Source: Deltaproteobacteria bacterium (GTDB lineage: Bacteria > Myxococcota_A > Polyangia > Polyangiales > Houyiibacteriaceae). Taken from it: 64,000 bases of DNA. Under the pieces are notes generated by a model that was not told where the DNA came from, did not search any database, and saw only the letters and a program-made list of their open reading frames with translations. Every line of letters begins with the position of its first letter. Positions within the stretch are counted from its first letter, which is position 1. The DNA lies in the NCBI GenBank assembly GCA_034670305.1, contig JAXMNT010000037.1:14308-78307 (forward strand), given 5' to 3'. Made by a program: the position numbers and the translations under genes. Of the stretch, positions 1-11,610 are shown piece after piece.

Positions 1-290
1 CCGTCTGGGCGCCTTGGACGCGGCGGTGTAGGGCTTGCGCGCCCGAAACCTCACATGAAGAACGGCGTCTCCGGTTGGAGGCGCCGTTTTCCTTTCCGTC
101 TGGGCGCCTTGGACGCGGCGGTGTAGGGCTTGCGCGCCCGAAACCTCACATGAAGAACGGCGTCTCCGGTTGGAGGCGCCGTTTTCTTTCCGTCTGGGCG
201 CCTTGGACGCGGCGGTGTAGGGCGCTTGCGCGCCCGAAACCTCACATGAAAAACGGCGTCTCCGGTTGGAGGCGCCGTTTTCTTTCCGTC
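1..290. repeat. Tandem repeat, 3 near-identical ~95-bp units, each with a terminator-like hairpin; may continue upstream of the window
   Basis: Units start at 1, 96 and 190 (CCGTCTGGGCGCCTTGG...). Each contains AACGGCGTCTCC-GGTT-GGAGGCGCCGTT flanked by A-rich and T-rich runs. Confidence 0.95.
247..286 (-). terminator. Rho-independent terminator of dnaB, possibly bidirectional
   Basis: Minus strand reads AAAACGGCGCCTCC-AACC-GGAGACGCCGTTTTT, about 30 bp after the dnaB stop. Confidence 0.7.
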
Positions 291-314
291 CGCCGTTGGT
301 CTGACGGAAGGGAC

Positions 315-1715
315 TCAGCCGTCCTGGAAGTCGCTGGCGCCGTAGTAGTCGTCCTCGACCAGGTTGTCGAAACGGGTGTGTTCGTTGAAGAACCGCACGC
401 GGACCGTGCCGGTGGGGCCGGCGCGCTGCTTGCCGACGATGATCTCGGCGATGCCCTGGTCTTCGGTCTCCTTGTTGTAGACCTCGTCTCGGTAGACGAA
501 CCAGATCGTGTCCGCGTCCTGCTCGATGGCGCCGGACTCACGAAGGTCGGAGAGCATCGGGCGCTTGTCTTTGCCGGCGCGCGATTCGACGCCACGGTTG
601 AGCTGCGAGAGCGCGATGACCGGGATCTTGAGATCCTTCGCGAGCGCTTTGAGGTTTCGGCTGATCGCGCTGATCTCCTGTTCGCGTGAGTCGGTGCGGG
701 TGCCGGCGCGCATGAGCTGGAGGTAGTCGACGATCAGCAAGCCGAGTCCGTGCTCTGCCTTGATGCGGCGCGCTTTGCTCCGCAGTTCGAGCACAGTGAT
801 GGCCGGCGTGTCGTCGATCCAGATCGGGAGCTCGGTCAACACGCCGGCGGCGCTCGCGAGCCGGGTCCAGTCGTCGTTCACGAGCTGGCCCACGCGCAGG
901 CGCGTGCCATCGACGCGGCCCTCGGAAGCGAGCATACGTTTGACCAGCTGCTCCTTCGGCATCTCGAGCGAGAAGATGGCGACGGGCACGTGTTCGCCGT
1001 CGCGTTTGCCGAGCGCCGCGTTGACCCCAACGTTCACGGCGAACGCGGTCTTGCCCATGCCCGGACGGCCCGCGATGATGATGAGGTCGCCGGGGTGCAT
1101 GCCGGCGGTCATCTTGTCGAGCTTCTTGAAGCCGGTGGGCAGACCCGAGATGGTGTCGCCGCGCGAGCCCATCGCTTCGATCTCTTCGAAGGTGCGCATG
1201 ACGACGTCGCGCACGTGTTCGTAGGGGTTCGCTGCGTTCTGTTTGGCGATGCTGAAGATCGCCGACTCGGCTTCGTCGAGGAAGGTCTTGAAGTGCCCGT
1301 AGTCGCCGTAGCCCTTCGCAGTGATCTCGTTGCATGCGGTGATGAGCCGCCGCACCTGAGACTTCTCGAGGACGAGGCCGGCGTGGGCTTGGATGTTCTC
1401 CACCGTCGGGATCGAGTCGCTGAGGGACAGCAGGTACTCGTCCCCGCCCACGGCCTGGAGCTTCTGAGACTGCACGAGCGCTTCGCGCAGGGTGACCTGG
1501 TCGACCGGCTGGTTGCGTTCGGCCAGGTCGCTCATCGCCAGAAAGATGATCGCGTTGGCTTCGCTGTAGAAGTCGTCGCGCGACAACATCTGGTGCACCG
1601 TCGCGAAGGCTTCGTTGGCGAGTAGGATACCGCCCAGGACGGCCCGCTCCGCATCGAGTGCGCTTGGGGGGACGCGGCGGGAAACCGCCCGCTCTTGGTA
1701 GTCGTCGTAGTCCAT
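315..1715 (-). CDS. dnaB: Replicative DNA helicase DnaB
   Basis: Motifs AERAVLGGIL, GRPGMGKT (Walker A), FSLEM, IVDYLQLM, LSQLNR, DLRESGAIEQDAD, KQRAGPTG. Start placed at ATG 1715 (MDYDDY). Confidence 0.97.
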   Translation of the reverse strand: MDYDDYQERAVSRRVPPSALDAERAVLGGILLANEAFATVHQMLSRDDFYSEANAIIFLAMSDLAERNQPVDQVTLREALVQSQKLQAVGGDEYLLSLSDSIPTVENIQAHAGLVLEKSQVRRLITACNEITAKGYGDYGHFKTFLDEAESAIFSIAKQNAANPYEHVRDVVMRTFEEIEAMGSRGDTISGLPTGFKKLDKMTAGMHPGDLIIIAGRPGMGKTAFAVNVGVNAALGKRDGEHVPVAIFSLEMPKEQLVKRMLASEGRVDGTRLRVGQLVNDDWTRLASAAGVLTELPIWIDDTPAITVLELRSKARRIKAEHGLGLLIVDYLQLMRAGTRTDSREQEISAISRNLKALAKDLKIPVIALSQLNRGVESRAGKDKRPMLSDLRESGAIEQDADTIWFVYRDEVYNKETEDQGIAEIIVGKQRAGPTGTVRVRFFNEHTRFDNLVEDDYYGASDFQDG

Positions 1716-1921
1716 GGGTGGTGGGTCCGGCAGCGGCGGCGCCGGACTGCGGAATGTACCAGGTCCATGCGACGCAGCGGCGCTCGTCGCCACCCGACCG
1801 GTCCGCCCGAGGCGGGTGTCCGGAAGCTTCGACAACCGGCACTCTCTGCTATGCTCGCGGCCGCGCGGGGCCTGCCCGCGGACGGCGTCGGGGTGGCGCC
1901 GGGGTGAGGAGCTTCGTGGTG

Positions 1922-3589
1922 ATGAAACGACTTGGGATCGCGCTTGCGGCGTTTGGGTTGGGTGTGGCGTTCGCGCCGCCGGTGGCCAGTGCGGGTGGAC
2001 TCGAATTCCCTGCCCCCGGCACCGTGTCTCTCGGCCGCGGCGGCGCGTCGTTCGCGCGACCGGGCGATCCGATGGCGCTTCTCTACAACCCGGCGAACCT
2101 CGCGGGCATGCAGGGCATCCAGCTCTCGCTCCAGACCCACCTCGCGTTCTACGACGCCTGCTTCCAGCGCGAAGGCACCTACCAGGAGTACTCCGCCGAA
2201 CCGGGCATGGCGGACCGCAACAACGGCAACCGCATTCGACGCGTCGACGAGGACCCGACCTTCATCGAAGCGAGCGCGTTCAACGCGGCGGGCGCGTACC
2301 CGGATGGCCAGTTGCCCGAGGTGTGCAACTCCGGACCGCCCGGCATCGTGCCCGAACTCATCCTCACGTGGCGCGCCCACCGCAAGGTCGGCATCGGCAT
2401 CGGGTTCGTTGCACCGGCCGCAGTCGGGCACACCGTGTGGGGTGGCGACACGACCATCAACGACCGCACCTACCGCGGCACCGTCAACGGACTGCCCGCG
2501 CCGACCCGCTACGGCCTCGTCGAAGAACAGCTCATCGTCGCGTTCCCGACCATCGGCGTCGGCGTCAACGTGCACCCGCGCCTGCGCCTCGGCGTCGCGT
2601 TCGGCTCGGGCTTCGGCTTCTTCGACTTCACGAACGTGACACGCGCGGTGCAGGGCGAAGACTTCGCCGGGGACATCTTCACCGAGCTCTCGGCAAGCGA
2701 CCCATTCATTCCGAAGATCACCGCTTCCGTGCATGCGATCCCGCACGACAACCTCGACATCTCGCTCACGTTCAGTTGGACCGACACGGTCCGCGCGGAG
2801 GGCGACCTCAAGCTCACCACCGGCTACTACCGCGAGACGCCCGTTGACGAACTCACCATCCGAGGCGCGACGCTGGAAGCGCCGCAGCCCTGGCAGATCG
2901 CGCTCGGCATCCGGTACGCCGACCGCATCAGCCCCCGCACCGACAACCCCGACCAGGTCGCGCAGCTCAGCCGCCGAGTCGAGGACCCGATGTCGAACGA
3001 ACGTTTCGACATCGAACTGAACGTTGTCTACGAGCGCAACTCGGTCGTGAACGAGTTCGGGGTCACGATGCCTCAGTGCGACATGGCAGCCGGCTCCGTC
3101 TGTCAGACTCAGCCGGACGGAAGCTCCGCGTTCGTGGTCAACGCTGCCCCGTTCACCCCCGCGCCGATTCCGCCCGGTCTCACGCTCGCCCACAACTGGC
3201 AGGACTCGCTCTCGGTTCGCCTCGGCGGCGACTACAACGTGATGCCCGGCCTCGCCGCGATTCGTCTCGGCTTCTCGTTCGAGTCCAAGGGCGTGGAAGA
3301 CGGCTACGAGCAGCTCGACTTCATGCCGTTCATGCGCTTCGGCGCGCACATCGGACTCACGATGCGCCTTGGGTTCTTCGACATCTCGCTGGCCTACGCC
3401 CACATCCAGCAGGTCGAGACGACGGTGTCGGTTCAGGACGGCCAGATCACCCAGGTCCACGCCGAAGAGACCTTCGCCGATCTTCAGGACCGCGAGTCGG
3501 TGGCTGGCCACGGCACCATCATCAACGCGGGGCGCTACCGGTCGAACTTCGACGTGGTCTCGCTCGGCCTGACGTACCACTTCCGATGA
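1922..3589 (+). CDS. OmpP1/FadL/TodX-family outer-membrane transporter
   Basis: Signal peptide (..ASA|GG), N-terminal LGRGGA...DP.AL.YNPA.L hatch motif, W.D..SVRLG, C-terminal aromatic beta-strand LGLTYHF. Confidence 0.8.
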   Translation: MKRLGIALAAFGLGVAFAPPVASAGGLEFPAPGTVSLGRGGASFARPGDPMALLYNPANLAGMQGIQLSLQTHLAFYDACFQREGTYQEYSAEPGMADRNNGNRIRRVDEDPTFIEASAFNAAGAYPDGQLPEVCNSGPPGIVPELILTWRAHRKVGIGIGFVAPAAVGHTVWGGDTTINDRTYRGTVNGLPAPTRYGLVEEQLIVAFPTIGVGVNVHPRLRLGVAFGSGFGFFDFTNVTRAVQGEDFAGDIFTELSASDPFIPKITASVHAIPHDNLDISLTFSWTDTVRAEGDLKLTTGYYRETPVDELTIRGATLEAPQPWQIALGIRYADRISPRTDNPDQVAQLSRRVEDPMSNERFDIELNVVYERNSVVNEFGVTMPQCDMAAGSVCQTQPDGSSAFVVNAAPFTPAPIPPGLTLAHNWQDSLSVRLGGDYNVMPGLAAIRLGFSFESKGVEDGYEQLDFMPFMRFGAHIGLTMRLGFFDISLAYAHIQQVETTVSVQDGQITQVHAEETFADLQDRESVAGHGTIINAGRYRSNFDVVSLGLTYHFR

Positions 3590-3749
3590 ACGACGCGGGA
3601 CGATCGGCGCGCCGCTCGTCTCGTGTCATGCGCATCGGTCGGGCGCGCCGCACCGGGTTTCGTGCAGCGTCTGTCTGGGCGCGCCTTCTTCTGTCGGACA
3701 GCTCGGGTGGTTCGGCACCTTGCACGACCCCTGAATCGGAGAGCCATTC

Positions 3750-6008
3750 GTGAAGATTCGAGTGCTTGGTGGCGGGCCCGCTGGACTGTACTTCAGCATC
3801 TTGGTCCGCAAGGCGCGGCCGGACGCCGAGGTCGTCGTCTACGAGCGCAACCGCGCCGACGACACCTTTGGTTGGGGGGTCGTCTTCTCGGACGAGACCC
3901 TCGGCAACCTGGAGGAAGCGGACGCCGAGACGTACGCCGCCATCCGGGAGAACTTTGCCTACTGGGACGCCATCGACGTGCATACCTGGGCCGATGGTCA
4001 CCGCGTGGTGCGCAGCGGTGGTCACGGCTTTTGCGGCATCGGTCGCATGCGTCTGCTGCTGATCCTTCAGGCGCGTGCCCGCGAGCTCGGGGTGGCGCTT
4101 CGGTTCGAAGAACAAGTCGACGACATCGAAGCGCTTCGACGCGACTGCGATCTCTTCGTGGCGGCGGACGGGATCAACAGCCGCACCCGTGGCCTCTTTT
4201 CGGACGTCTTCAAGCCGTCGATCCGGAAGGGTGACGCGCGCTTCGTCTGGCTCGGCACCAAGCAGTGCTTCGAGGCGTTCACGTTCTCGTTTCGGGAGAA
4301 CGAACACGGCGTCTTCCAGATCCACGCCTACCAGTTCGACGAGTCGACCAGCACCTTCATCGTGGAGTGCGACGAAGCCACTTGGCGGGCGGCGGGTTTG
4401 GACGCCGCCACCGAAGCAGACACCGTCGCGTACTGCCAGTCGGTCTTCGAGGACGAGTTGGGCGGGCATCCCTTGTTGCCCAACCGCTCGGACTGGATCC
4501 AGTTCCGGACCGTGAGCTGTGAACGTTGGCACCACGAGAACGTGGTGTTGCTGGGAGACGCCGCGCACACCGCGCACTTCTCGGTGGGCTCGGGCACGAA
4601 GATGGCGATGGAGGATTCCATCGCGCTCGCCAACGCCCTCGGCAGCAACGCCGACGTCGAAGGTGCGCTGCTCGCCTACGAAGAAGACCGGCGACCACTC
4701 GTCGGCCGCACCCAGAAAGCCGCCGCGCAGAGCGAACAGTGGTTCGCCGAATCCAAGCGGCACCTGTCGCATGCGCCGGAGCGGCTCACCTTCAGCTTGC
4801 TCTCTCGGACGAGGCGGGTGACCCACGAGAACCTGCGGCTGCGGGAACCGAGCTACATCGAGGGGCTCGATCACTGGTTCATGGCCAAGCATGGAATGCC
4901 TGCCGAGGGTGGGGTGGTGCCGCCGATGTTCTGTCCGTTCCAGCTGCGCGACTTGAAGCTCGGCAACCGCGTGGTGGTCTCGCCGATGTGCCAGTACTCG
5001 GCGACCGACGGGGTGCCGAACGATTGGCACATGGTGCACCTCGGCAGCCGCGCGCTCGGTGGCGCTGGCCTGGTCTTCACGGAGATGACCAACGTCTCGG
5101 CCGATGGCCGAATCACCCCCGGCTGCACCGGCCTGTACGACGACGCCCAGGAGGCGGCGTGGTCCCGCATCGTGCAGTTCGTGCATGAACGTTCTTCGGC
5201 AGCGATCGGGATTCAGCTCGCGCACGCGGGCCGCAAGGGCGCGACCAAACTTCTCTGGGAAGGCATGGACCGTCCGCTCGAGTCGGGCGGCTGGCCGCTC
5301 CTGGCGCCCTCGCCGATTCCGTGGCGCGCGGACAACGTGGTGCCGAAAGAGATGACGCGCGAGGACATGGTCCTGGTCCGCGACGCGTTCGTCGCCTCGG
5401 CGGAGCGCGCGATCCGATGCGGTTTCGACTTGCTCGAAGTGCACCTCGCGCACGGGTACCTGCTCTCCAGTTTTCTGACGCCGGTCTCGAACCAGCGCAC
5501 CGACGACTACGGTGGCGATCTTCGATCGCGCGCGCGGTTCCCGCTCGAGGTCGTCGAGGCAGTGCGCGCCGTGTGGACCGGGCCGCTGAGTGTGCGCATC
5601 AGCGCAACCGATTGGGTCGAAGGCGGGTTCGGCATCGAAGAAGCGGTGGCGCTCAGCGGCTGGCTGAAAGCTGTGGGCGTGGATCTCATCGACGTGAGCG
5701 CCGGACAGACCTCGCCCGACGCGAAGCCCGTCTACGGGCGCGCGTTCCAGACGCCGTTCTCAGAACGCATCCGGAACGATGTGGGCGTGCCGACGATGAC
5801 GGTCGGCAACATCTACGACCACGACCGCATCAACACGATCTTGCTCGCCGGCCGCGCAGACCTCGTCGCGCTCGCGCGCGCGCATCTGGCGGACCCCTAC
5901 CTGACGCTGCACGCGGCGGCCGAACTCGGGTACGAAGGCACCCAGTGGCCGAAGCAATACGGTTCGGCGCGCACCTTGTTGCCGCGCATGTTCGGCGACG
6001 GTGACTGA
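3750..6008 (+). CDS. Bifunctional salicylyl-/anthraniloyl-CoA monooxygenase-reductase (FAD monooxygenase plus OYE-like NADH:flavin oxidoreductase)
   Basis: N-terminal [34 protein letters not shown]-terminal [38 protein letters not shown]. Confidence 0.9.
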   Translation: MKIRVLGGGPAGLYFSILVRKARPDAEVVVYERNRADDTFGWGVVFSDETLGNLEEADAETYAAIRENFAYWDAIDVHTWADGHRVVRSGGHGFCGIGRMRLLLILQARARELGVALRFEEQVDDIEALRRDCDLFVAADGINSRTRGLFSDVFKPSIRKGDARFVWLGTKQCFEAFTFSFRENEHGVFQIHAYQFDESTSTFIVECDEATWRAAGLDAATEADTVAYCQSVFEDELGGHPLLPNRSDWIQFRTVSCERWHHENVVLLGDAAHTAHFSVGSGTKMAMEDSIALANALGSNADVEGALLAYEEDRRPLVGRTQKAAAQSEQWFAESKRHLSHAPERLTFSLLSRTRRVTHENLRLREPSYIEGLDHWFMAKHGMPAEGGVVPPMFCPFQLRDLKLGNRVVVSPMCQYSATDGVPNDWHMVHLGSRALGGAGLVFTEMTNVSADGRITPGCTGLYDDAQEAAWSRIVQFVHERSSAAIGIQLAHAGRKGATKLLWEGMDRPLESGGWPLLAPSPIPWRADNVVPKEMTREDMVLVRDAFVASAERAIRCGFDLLEVHLAHGYLLSSFLTPVSNQRTDDYGGDLRSRARFPLEVVEAVRAVWTGPLSVRISATDWVEGGFGIEEAVALSGWLKAVGVDLIDVSAGQTSPDAKPVYGRAFQTPFSERIRNDVGVPTMTVGNIYDHDRINTILLAGRADLVALARAHLADPYLTLHAAAELGYEGTQWPKQYGSARTLLPRMFGDGD

Positions 6009-6690
6009 GCACTCGGAGCCGGAGTCTGTCTCGCTGGGGCCGGAGCGACCCCGACCGAGGGGGCTCGGCGACTGGCAAGCACCCGCCGACAGCGTGGTCT
6101 GGGGTTCGGCGTACCGGGTGGTGGATCCGCGCCGGGCCGCAGTGGTCTATGGCGCGCTCTTGATTCTGGGTGCGGGCGTGGCGATCTCCGCAGCGACGCT
6201 GGTCGACGTTCCCTCGGCGCCGCTCGAGACGCTGCGGGTGGCCTTCTTGGAGCGCGCGATGCGCGGCATCTACTGGACGGTGGCCACCGTGTTCGTGCTC
6301 GTCCTGATGCTCGGCGCGACCAAACGGTGCTTCGGGTTCGGGCGCGGCACGCTCATCGGCATGGTGGCGGCCGTGGGTGCGGCGGCGACGTCGGTGTACG
6401 TCACGGCATCCTGGCCAGGGTGGTCGGATGCTGTTGTCGGGACGGTGGGCACGGTTGTGGTGGTGGCTCTGGCGACTCGTTCGAGAAGTGACGAGAGCCG
6501 GCGCCTCTTGGCGATGTTCGGCTACGTGTCGCTCGCGCAGGTCGCGTGGCGCGCGGCCCAGATGGCGTTCGACTTCGCACCACCCCTAGGCGGTGAAGAC
6601 GCGCTCGTGCGCTCCGCGATGTCGGCTGGGGTCGCGGCGGCGGTCGCGGGGGTGGCGTTGGTGTGGACGGCAGGGAAGCGCGCCGGCTGA
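6001..6690 (+). CDS. Hypothetical multi-pass membrane protein
   Basis: GTG start overlaps the upstream stop; about 6 hydrophobic segments. Confidence 0.6.
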   Translation: MTEHSEPESVSLGPERPRPRGLGDWQAPADSVVWGSAYRVVDPRRAAVVYGALLILGAGVAISAATLVDVPSAPLETLRVAFLERAMRGIYWTVATVFVLVLMLGATKRCFGFGRGTLIGMVAAVGAAATSVYVTASWPGWSDAVVGTVGTVVVVALATRSRSDESRRLLAMFGYVSLAQVAWRAAQMAFDFAPPLGGEDALVRSAMSAGVAAAVAGVALVWTAGKRAG

Positions 6691-6904
6691 GCCGAATCCG
6701 AAGCCGAAGCCGAAGCCGATGCCGAAGCCGCTGCCGAAGCCGCTGCCGATGCCGAAGCCGATGCCGAAGCCGATGCCGAAGCCGAAGCCGAAGCCGAAGC
6801 CGATGCCGAAGCCGATGCCGATGCCGAAGCCGAAGCCGAAGCCGAAGCCGAAGCCGACTCCGAAGCCGAAGCCGATGCCGAAGCCGCTGCCGAAGCCGAA
6901 TCCG
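6691..6904 (+). repeat. Hexamer tract (GCCGAN)n, ~35 units
   Basis: GCCGAA/GCCGAT units start immediately after the TGA at 6690, between convergent genes. Confidence 0.95.
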
Positions 6905-6943
6905 GGCGCAACCCGAAGGGTCCGCTACCGGCTTCTGGCCCTC

Positions 6944-8914
6944 TTAGGCCAGAAGCCGTTTGGCTTCGGCGACCACTGCGGCTGCGGTGATGCCGAACTT
7001 CTCGTAGAGGACTTCCGCGGGGGCGGAGGCGCCGAAGCGGTCGAGGGTGACGAAGCCGCCGTCGGCGCCGACGTAGCGTTCCCAGCCTTGGCGGATGCCG
7101 GCTTCCACGACGACGCGTGCGCTCACGCTCGGCGAGAAGACGCTGTCTCGGTACGCCTTGTCCTGCTGGTTGAAGAGTTCCCAGCTCGGCATGCTGACGA
7201 CGCGGGAGCGGATGCCTTCGGCGGTGAGCACACTGCGGGCTTCGAGGGCGAGGTGCAGTTCGGAACCGGTGCCGACCAGGATGACCTGCGGGTCGTCGTC
7301 GCCGTCGAGCACGTAGGCGCCCTTGTGCAGTCCTTCGGCGCTGGCCATGCCGCCGTCTGCGCGGTCCAAGGTGGGCACGTTCTGGCGGGTCAGCACGAGG
7401 GCGGCGGGGCCGTGGCACCGCATGGCGGCGATCCACGCTTCGCGGGTTTCGTTCGCGTCGCAGGGACGCAGTACCGTGAAACCGGGGATGGCGCGCAACG
7501 ACGCGAGCGTCTCCACCGGCTGGTGGGTCGGGCCGTCTTCGCCGAGTCCGATGGAGTCGTGGGTGAAGACGTAGCGGGTGCGCAGCTCCATCAGCGCGGC
7601 GAGTCGCAGTGCGGGGCGCATGTAGTCGGCGAAGACCAAGAACGTCGCGCCGAACGGGATCACCCCGCCGTGGAGCGCCATGCCGTTCATCGCCGAGCCC
7701 ATGCCGTGTTCGCGGATGCCCCAGTGCACGGTGCGGGGCACGCCTTCTTCGCTGGCGCGGAAGTCGGTGGTGGTGGGGGTCTTGTTGGACCCGGCGAGGT
7801 CCGCGGAACCGCCCACGAGCTCGGGTACGGTGTCCATGAGTGCCGAGAGCACCTTGCCGCCCGCGGCACGGGTGGCCATGCCCTTGGCGTCGGGCGGGAA
7901 CGATGCGAGCGAGCCGAGGTCTGGCAGCTCACCCGCGAGCGCGGCGTCGAACGCTTTTCGTTCGGCGGCGTGTGCCTTCGACCAGTCGGCGAACTTCGCC
8001 TTCCAAGCCGCGTGGAGCTCGGCGCCGCGCGCTTTTACGGCGGCGGTCGCGTCGGCCACTTCGGCCGGCACGTGGAAGGGTTCTTCGGGCCAGCCGAGGA
8101 CCTTCTTGGTGGCGGCGATCTCTTCGGCGCCGAGCGGCGCGCCGTGGGCCCCCGAGGTGTCCTTCTTGGTGGGCGCAGGCCAGCCGATGATGGTGCGCAC
8201 CCGGACGAGCGAGGGGCGTGGATCCGCCATCGCGGCTTTCGTCGCCGCGCGCAGCGCGTCGAGGTCGTTGCCGTCTTCGACGGCGCTCGTGTGCCAGCCG
8301 CAGGCCGCGAACTTCTTCTCGACGTCTTCGCTGAACGAGAGATCGGTGCGGCCATCGATGGTGATCTTGTTGTCGTCGTAGAAGACGATCAGACGGCCGA
8401 GCTGGAGGTGGCCTGCGAGAGATGCGGCCTCCGCGGCGACGCCCTCCATCAGATCGCCGTCGCTGGCGATGCAGAAGATGCGCTGGTCGAAGAGCGACTC
8501 GTCGAACCGTCGGCCCATATGGTGGGCGGCCAGCGCCATGCCGACCGCGTTGCCAATGCCCTGGCCGAGCGGACCGGTCGTCGTCTCGACGCCCTTCGTG
8601 ATGAAGTTCTCTGGGTGTCCGGGGGTCTTGCTGCCCCACTGCCGGAACTGCTTCAGGTCCTCGAGCGAGAGGTCGTAGCCGCTCAAGTGCAGAAGCGCGT
8701 ACTGCAGCATCGATGCGTGTCCGCAGCTGAGCACGAAGCGGTCGCGGGCGGCCCAGTCGGGATCCGCGGGGTCGTGCCGGCGGAATTCGGAAAAGAGCAA
8801 CCAGCCGAGCGGCGCGAGCGCCATCGGGGTGCCGGGGTGGCCACTGTCGGCGGCCTGCACCGCGTCCATGGAGAGCACACGAATCGTGTCGATGGCTTTT
8901 TGGTCGAGCGACAT
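6944..8914 (-). CDS. tkt: Transketolase
   Basis: Motifs [56 protein letters not shown]. Confidence 0.98.
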   Translation of the reverse strand: MSLDQKAIDTIRVLSMDAVQAADSGHPGTPMALAPLGWLLFSEFRRHDPADPDWAARDRFVLSCGHASMLQYALLHLSGYDLSLEDLKQFRQWGSKTPGHPENFITKGVETTTGPLGQGIGNAVGMALAAHHMGRRFDESLFDQRIFCIASDGDLMEGVAAEAASLAGHLQLGRLIVFYDDNKITIDGRTDLSFSEDVEKKFAACGWHTSAVEDGNDLDALRAATKAAMADPRPSLVRVRTIIGWPAPTKKDTSGAHGAPLGAEEIAATKKVLGWPEEPFHVPAEVADATAAVKARGAELHAAWKAKFADWSKAHAAERKAFDAALAGELPDLGSLASFPPDAKGMATRAAGGKVLSALMDTVPELVGGSADLAGSNKTPTTTDFRASEEGVPRTVHWGIREHGMGSAMNGMALHGGVIPFGATFLVFADYMRPALRLAALMELRTRYVFTHDSIGLGEDGPTHQPVETLASLRAIPGFTVLRPCDANETREAWIAAMRCHGPAALVLTRQNVPTLDRADGGMASAEGLHKGAYVLDGDDDPQVILVGTGSELHLALEARSVLTAEGIRSRVVSMPSWELFNQQDKAYRDSVFSPSVSARVVVEAGIRQGWERYVGADGGFVTLDRFGASAPAEVLYEKFGITAAAVVAEAKRLLA

Positions 8915-9103
8915 GGCGCCGATGTAGCACTTTCGGGCCGCGGCGTCGTCGGTCGAGCGCTTTTCAGGCGCTGAAGACGGTCAACGGGCTTGGACGAGCA
9001 GCGTGGGCAGGCCGTCGGCCAGGACAACCGTGCGGGCCAGGACAACACTCAACGCAGAAATGGCCCACCTTTCGATGGGCCATCGGGTTGGGGCATCGGG
9101 AGC

Positions 9104-9613
9104 TCAGCGCGTCGGTGCGTTGTCCGGCGTCACGAGGAGCGCGGCGAACGCGGTGCGATCCCCGCTTGCCAGCCCTTCGAGGGCGGTGCCGCACTCGGGG
9201 GTCTGCGTGCGGTACATCGGAATCAGGCAGCGCTGGGCTTGCGCGTCGAGCCCGCGGCAGCGGCCCATCAGCTCTGCATCGGAATCCACGCCGCCGACGT
9301 GGAGCGCCATGGTGCAGGGATCTTGCGTGGGGTCGAAAGGATCGAACCCCATGCGATCGTTCAGACCTTCGACGCGGGGGATCGCGGCTGGTGCCGTGCC
9401 GGTTTCGACTGGAAGCACCGCACCACCGACCCGCTCGAGCTGGCGATCGATCTCGGTCTGGCCGAGATCTTCCGCTGCGGCGGGTGCGAGATGCGCGGAG
9501 GCCGCGATCTCTTCCTCCATCGTGTACTCGGAACCGAGCTCGTCGAAGGTGGGTGCGGCCTCGTCGGTGCAGGCGAGGGCGGTGAGTACGAGGATCGAAG
9601 TCAAAGCGCGCAT
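9104..9613 (-). CDS. Hypothetical lipoprotein
   Basis: MRALTSILVLTALA-C lipobox-like signal; four further Cys. Confidence 0.6.
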   Translation of the reverse strand: MRALTSILVLTALACTDEAAPTFDELGSEYTMEEEIAASAHLAPAAAEDLGQTEIDRQLERVGGAVLPVETGTAPAAIPRVEGLNDRMGFDPFDPTQDPCTMALHVGGVDSDAELMGRCRGLDAQAQRCLIPMYRTQTPECGTALEGLASGDRTAFAALLVTPDNAPTR

Positions 9614-9804
9614 GGACATCTCCGACCAGAGCCTCTGCAAGTGTCGGGCCCCAGCTGTGGTCCCGAGATCATTGCATGATCGGGCGGTGGGGGGCACGAA
9701 TGCTTGCTGGGCCCCGCACTTTTTGCGGAGCGATCGTCGCCCTGCGGGCGCTCAGAAGCCACCAGGACCGCCCCCGGCGCCAACCCCGGCACGAGACCCA
9801 CGTT

Positions 9805-11487
9805 CTACTTCCGGTGTTCGATCTCGGGCGGCTTCTTGAAGAAGGCGTTGAACTCGGGGGTGTTGTAGGTCTGGTAGTCGATGTTCCACGGGGTGATGGA
9901 GACGTCGCCCTCCTTCCAGTCGAGCGTCATGGCTTTCGGGATCACACCCCGGTAGCTCGAGTCCGGCGGCAGGTCGTCGTTGTCGTGTCCACCCGCGCTG
10001 AAGAGGGTGATCAGCGTGACCTGGTCCTCGTCGTAGGTGCGGGCGAACCCGTCGAGCACCTTCTCGTGCCCGCGCACGATCGTGTTGCACCCGATGCGCT
10101 GAAGGAACGCCGCCGCCTGCAGCTTGCCGAAGGGGAAACGGGCCGACTGTTCTTGCAACGCCGCAGGGATCACATCGGCGGAGCTCGGGTCGCTCCACAT
10201 CATCTGAAATCGCACGTCGGGGTCGTTGAGAAAGGAGAGATCCTTCCATCGCTCTTTCACGAGCCGGTCTCTCGGAATGCCCGCGTGCACGAACAGGGTG
10301 CGGTCGAAGATCAACATGTTCGGGAGCGCCTCGAACAGGCGCATGTAGTGCCGGAACACATCGATGGGCAGATGGGGCTTGAGCGTGTTGATGGCTTCCG
10401 CCGGTTTCACGCCGCCGTAGATCTGACCTTTGTACTCGACGTAGTACTCGTGGTTGCCGCGGAGGATGTAGACGTGCTCTGGCGCCGTGACGAACATCTG
10501 AAGCGCCGTGCGCAGGACGCCGTTGAGACTGAAGAGCCCACGGTCGATGTAGTCGCCGAGCAAGACGAGCAGCGGCATCGGGAGCGAGGGGTCGTTCTTG
10601 AACTGAGCGACCTTCTCGAAGAAGTCGGCCTGCATGACCGCGCCCTTCAAGCATGAGTAACATCCGTGCAGATCGCCGAGCACGGTGACCTCGTAGCCGG
10701 CCGGATGGGTCGCGGGGCGTACGTAGACGTGCCCGTCCAGGAACGCTTCCTGGCCATCGAACGCCTGCACGTTCTGCTGGCCGGTGAGTTTGCCGGCACC
10801 GGCGGCGCGCTGTTTTTCGAGCGTCTCCATCACGGTGTCGAGGAGTTTTCGGTCGCCGTCGATCTGCTTCTGGATCTTCTCCTTGTCGGCCGAGTAGTGA
10901 AACTCGAACTGTTGGAAGAAGGGGTGGTCGGCCGACGATTGCCGCCGTTCGATCGGGTCGACGATGGTGCGCCGGCCGCCGCCCGCGTCTTCGATGATGT
11001 CGATGTCGACGTCGGTCTCGAACAGATCGACGAGCTCGTTGCGGAACTTCTGTTCGGCCGGGTGCACTTCGCCGTCGGCGGCGATGAGGTCGTCCATGGC
11101 CGCCATCAGTGCTTCCTGGTTGTCCCGCTCGAACTCCTGGAACAGTTCGAAGCAGCGCAGCTTGAGCTTCGCGTGGATGAACGCGTCCTGGTCTTCGTCC
11201 TGAGCCACCGCTTCGGTGAACAGGTCGGCCACGTGGCGATCGATGTTCTCGAACACTTCGTGAAAGTGTGTCGTGAACCGCTGCACCAGCTCGTTCTGGA
11301 GTTTGGCGTCTCCGCTCGGCATGCCGACCTGCACCCGATGCTCGACGAGCTTCTGGATGTAGTTGCGGACGAACTCCTTCTCGGAGCTGTCGAACTCCCC
11401 GTCGATGTATCCGAACGTCGTCAGGTAGAAGATGATCGCCTGCATCTGGCGGTCGGCGACTTGGGGATCCCCCGAGAAACTCAGCAT
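9805..11487 (-). CDS. TerB-like domain fused to a PPP-family Ser/Thr protein phosphatase
   Basis: N-terminal IDGEFDSSEK and ADGEVHPAE (TerB-like repeats). C-terminal GDLHG, GDYIDRG, RGNHE, HAG, WSDP, RGHE, TLFSA. Confidence 0.85.
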   Translation of the reverse strand: MLSFSGDPQVADRQMQAIIFYLTTFGYIDGEFDSSEKEFVRNYIQKLVEHRVQVGMPSGDAKLQNELVQRFTTHFHEVFENIDRHVADLFTEAVAQDEDQDAFIHAKLKLRCFELFQEFERDNQEALMAAMDDLIAADGEVHPAEQKFRNELVDLFETDVDIDIIEDAGGGRRTIVDPIERRQSSADHPFFQQFEFHYSADKEKIQKQIDGDRKLLDTVMETLEKQRAAGAGKLTGQQNVQAFDGQEAFLDGHVYVRPATHPAGYEVTVLGDLHGCYSCLKGAVMQADFFEKVAQFKNDPSLPMPLLVLLGDYIDRGLFSLNGVLRTALQMFVTAPEHVYILRGNHEYYVEYKGQIYGGVKPAEAINTLKPHLPIDVFRHYMRLFEALPNMLIFDRTLFVHAGIPRDRLVKERWKDLSFLNDPDVRFQMMWSDPSSADVIPAALQEQSARFPFGKLQAAAFLQRIGCNTIVRGHEKVLDGFARTYDEDQVTLITLFSAGGHDNDDLPPDSSYRGVIPKAMTLDWKEGDVSITPWNIDYQTYNTPEFNAFFKKPPEIEHRK

Positions 11488-11610
11488 GGCCACGGATGGT
11501 AGACCAGTCCGTGGGCAGCGTGGGAGCGGTTTGCGGTACCCACGGAGGGACACCGGTACGCGCCTCAACAAGATGGCACAGCGAGCGCGCTCGCCGTATC
11601 CTGCGACCGC

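Noticed and set aside
1-290. CRISPR array
   Set aside because: Units are near-identical along their full length with no unique spacers, and no cas genes are present.
315-1715. Intein in DnaB (also checked RecA)
   Set aside because: Both proteins have normal length and continuous motifs.
6929-6958. 12-bp inverted repeat overlapping the tkt stop
   Set aside because: Probably an ordinary termination or stability hairpin; it has no U-tract and no further copies were seen.
6593-8974. Long antisense or alternate-frame ORFs (also 29910..32897, 44363..47185, 3522..5453, 16994..18673, and the 5' extensions of 9805..12852 and 49766..52861)
   Set aside because: Shadow ORFs expected at high GC opposite well-supported genes; no recognisable motifs.
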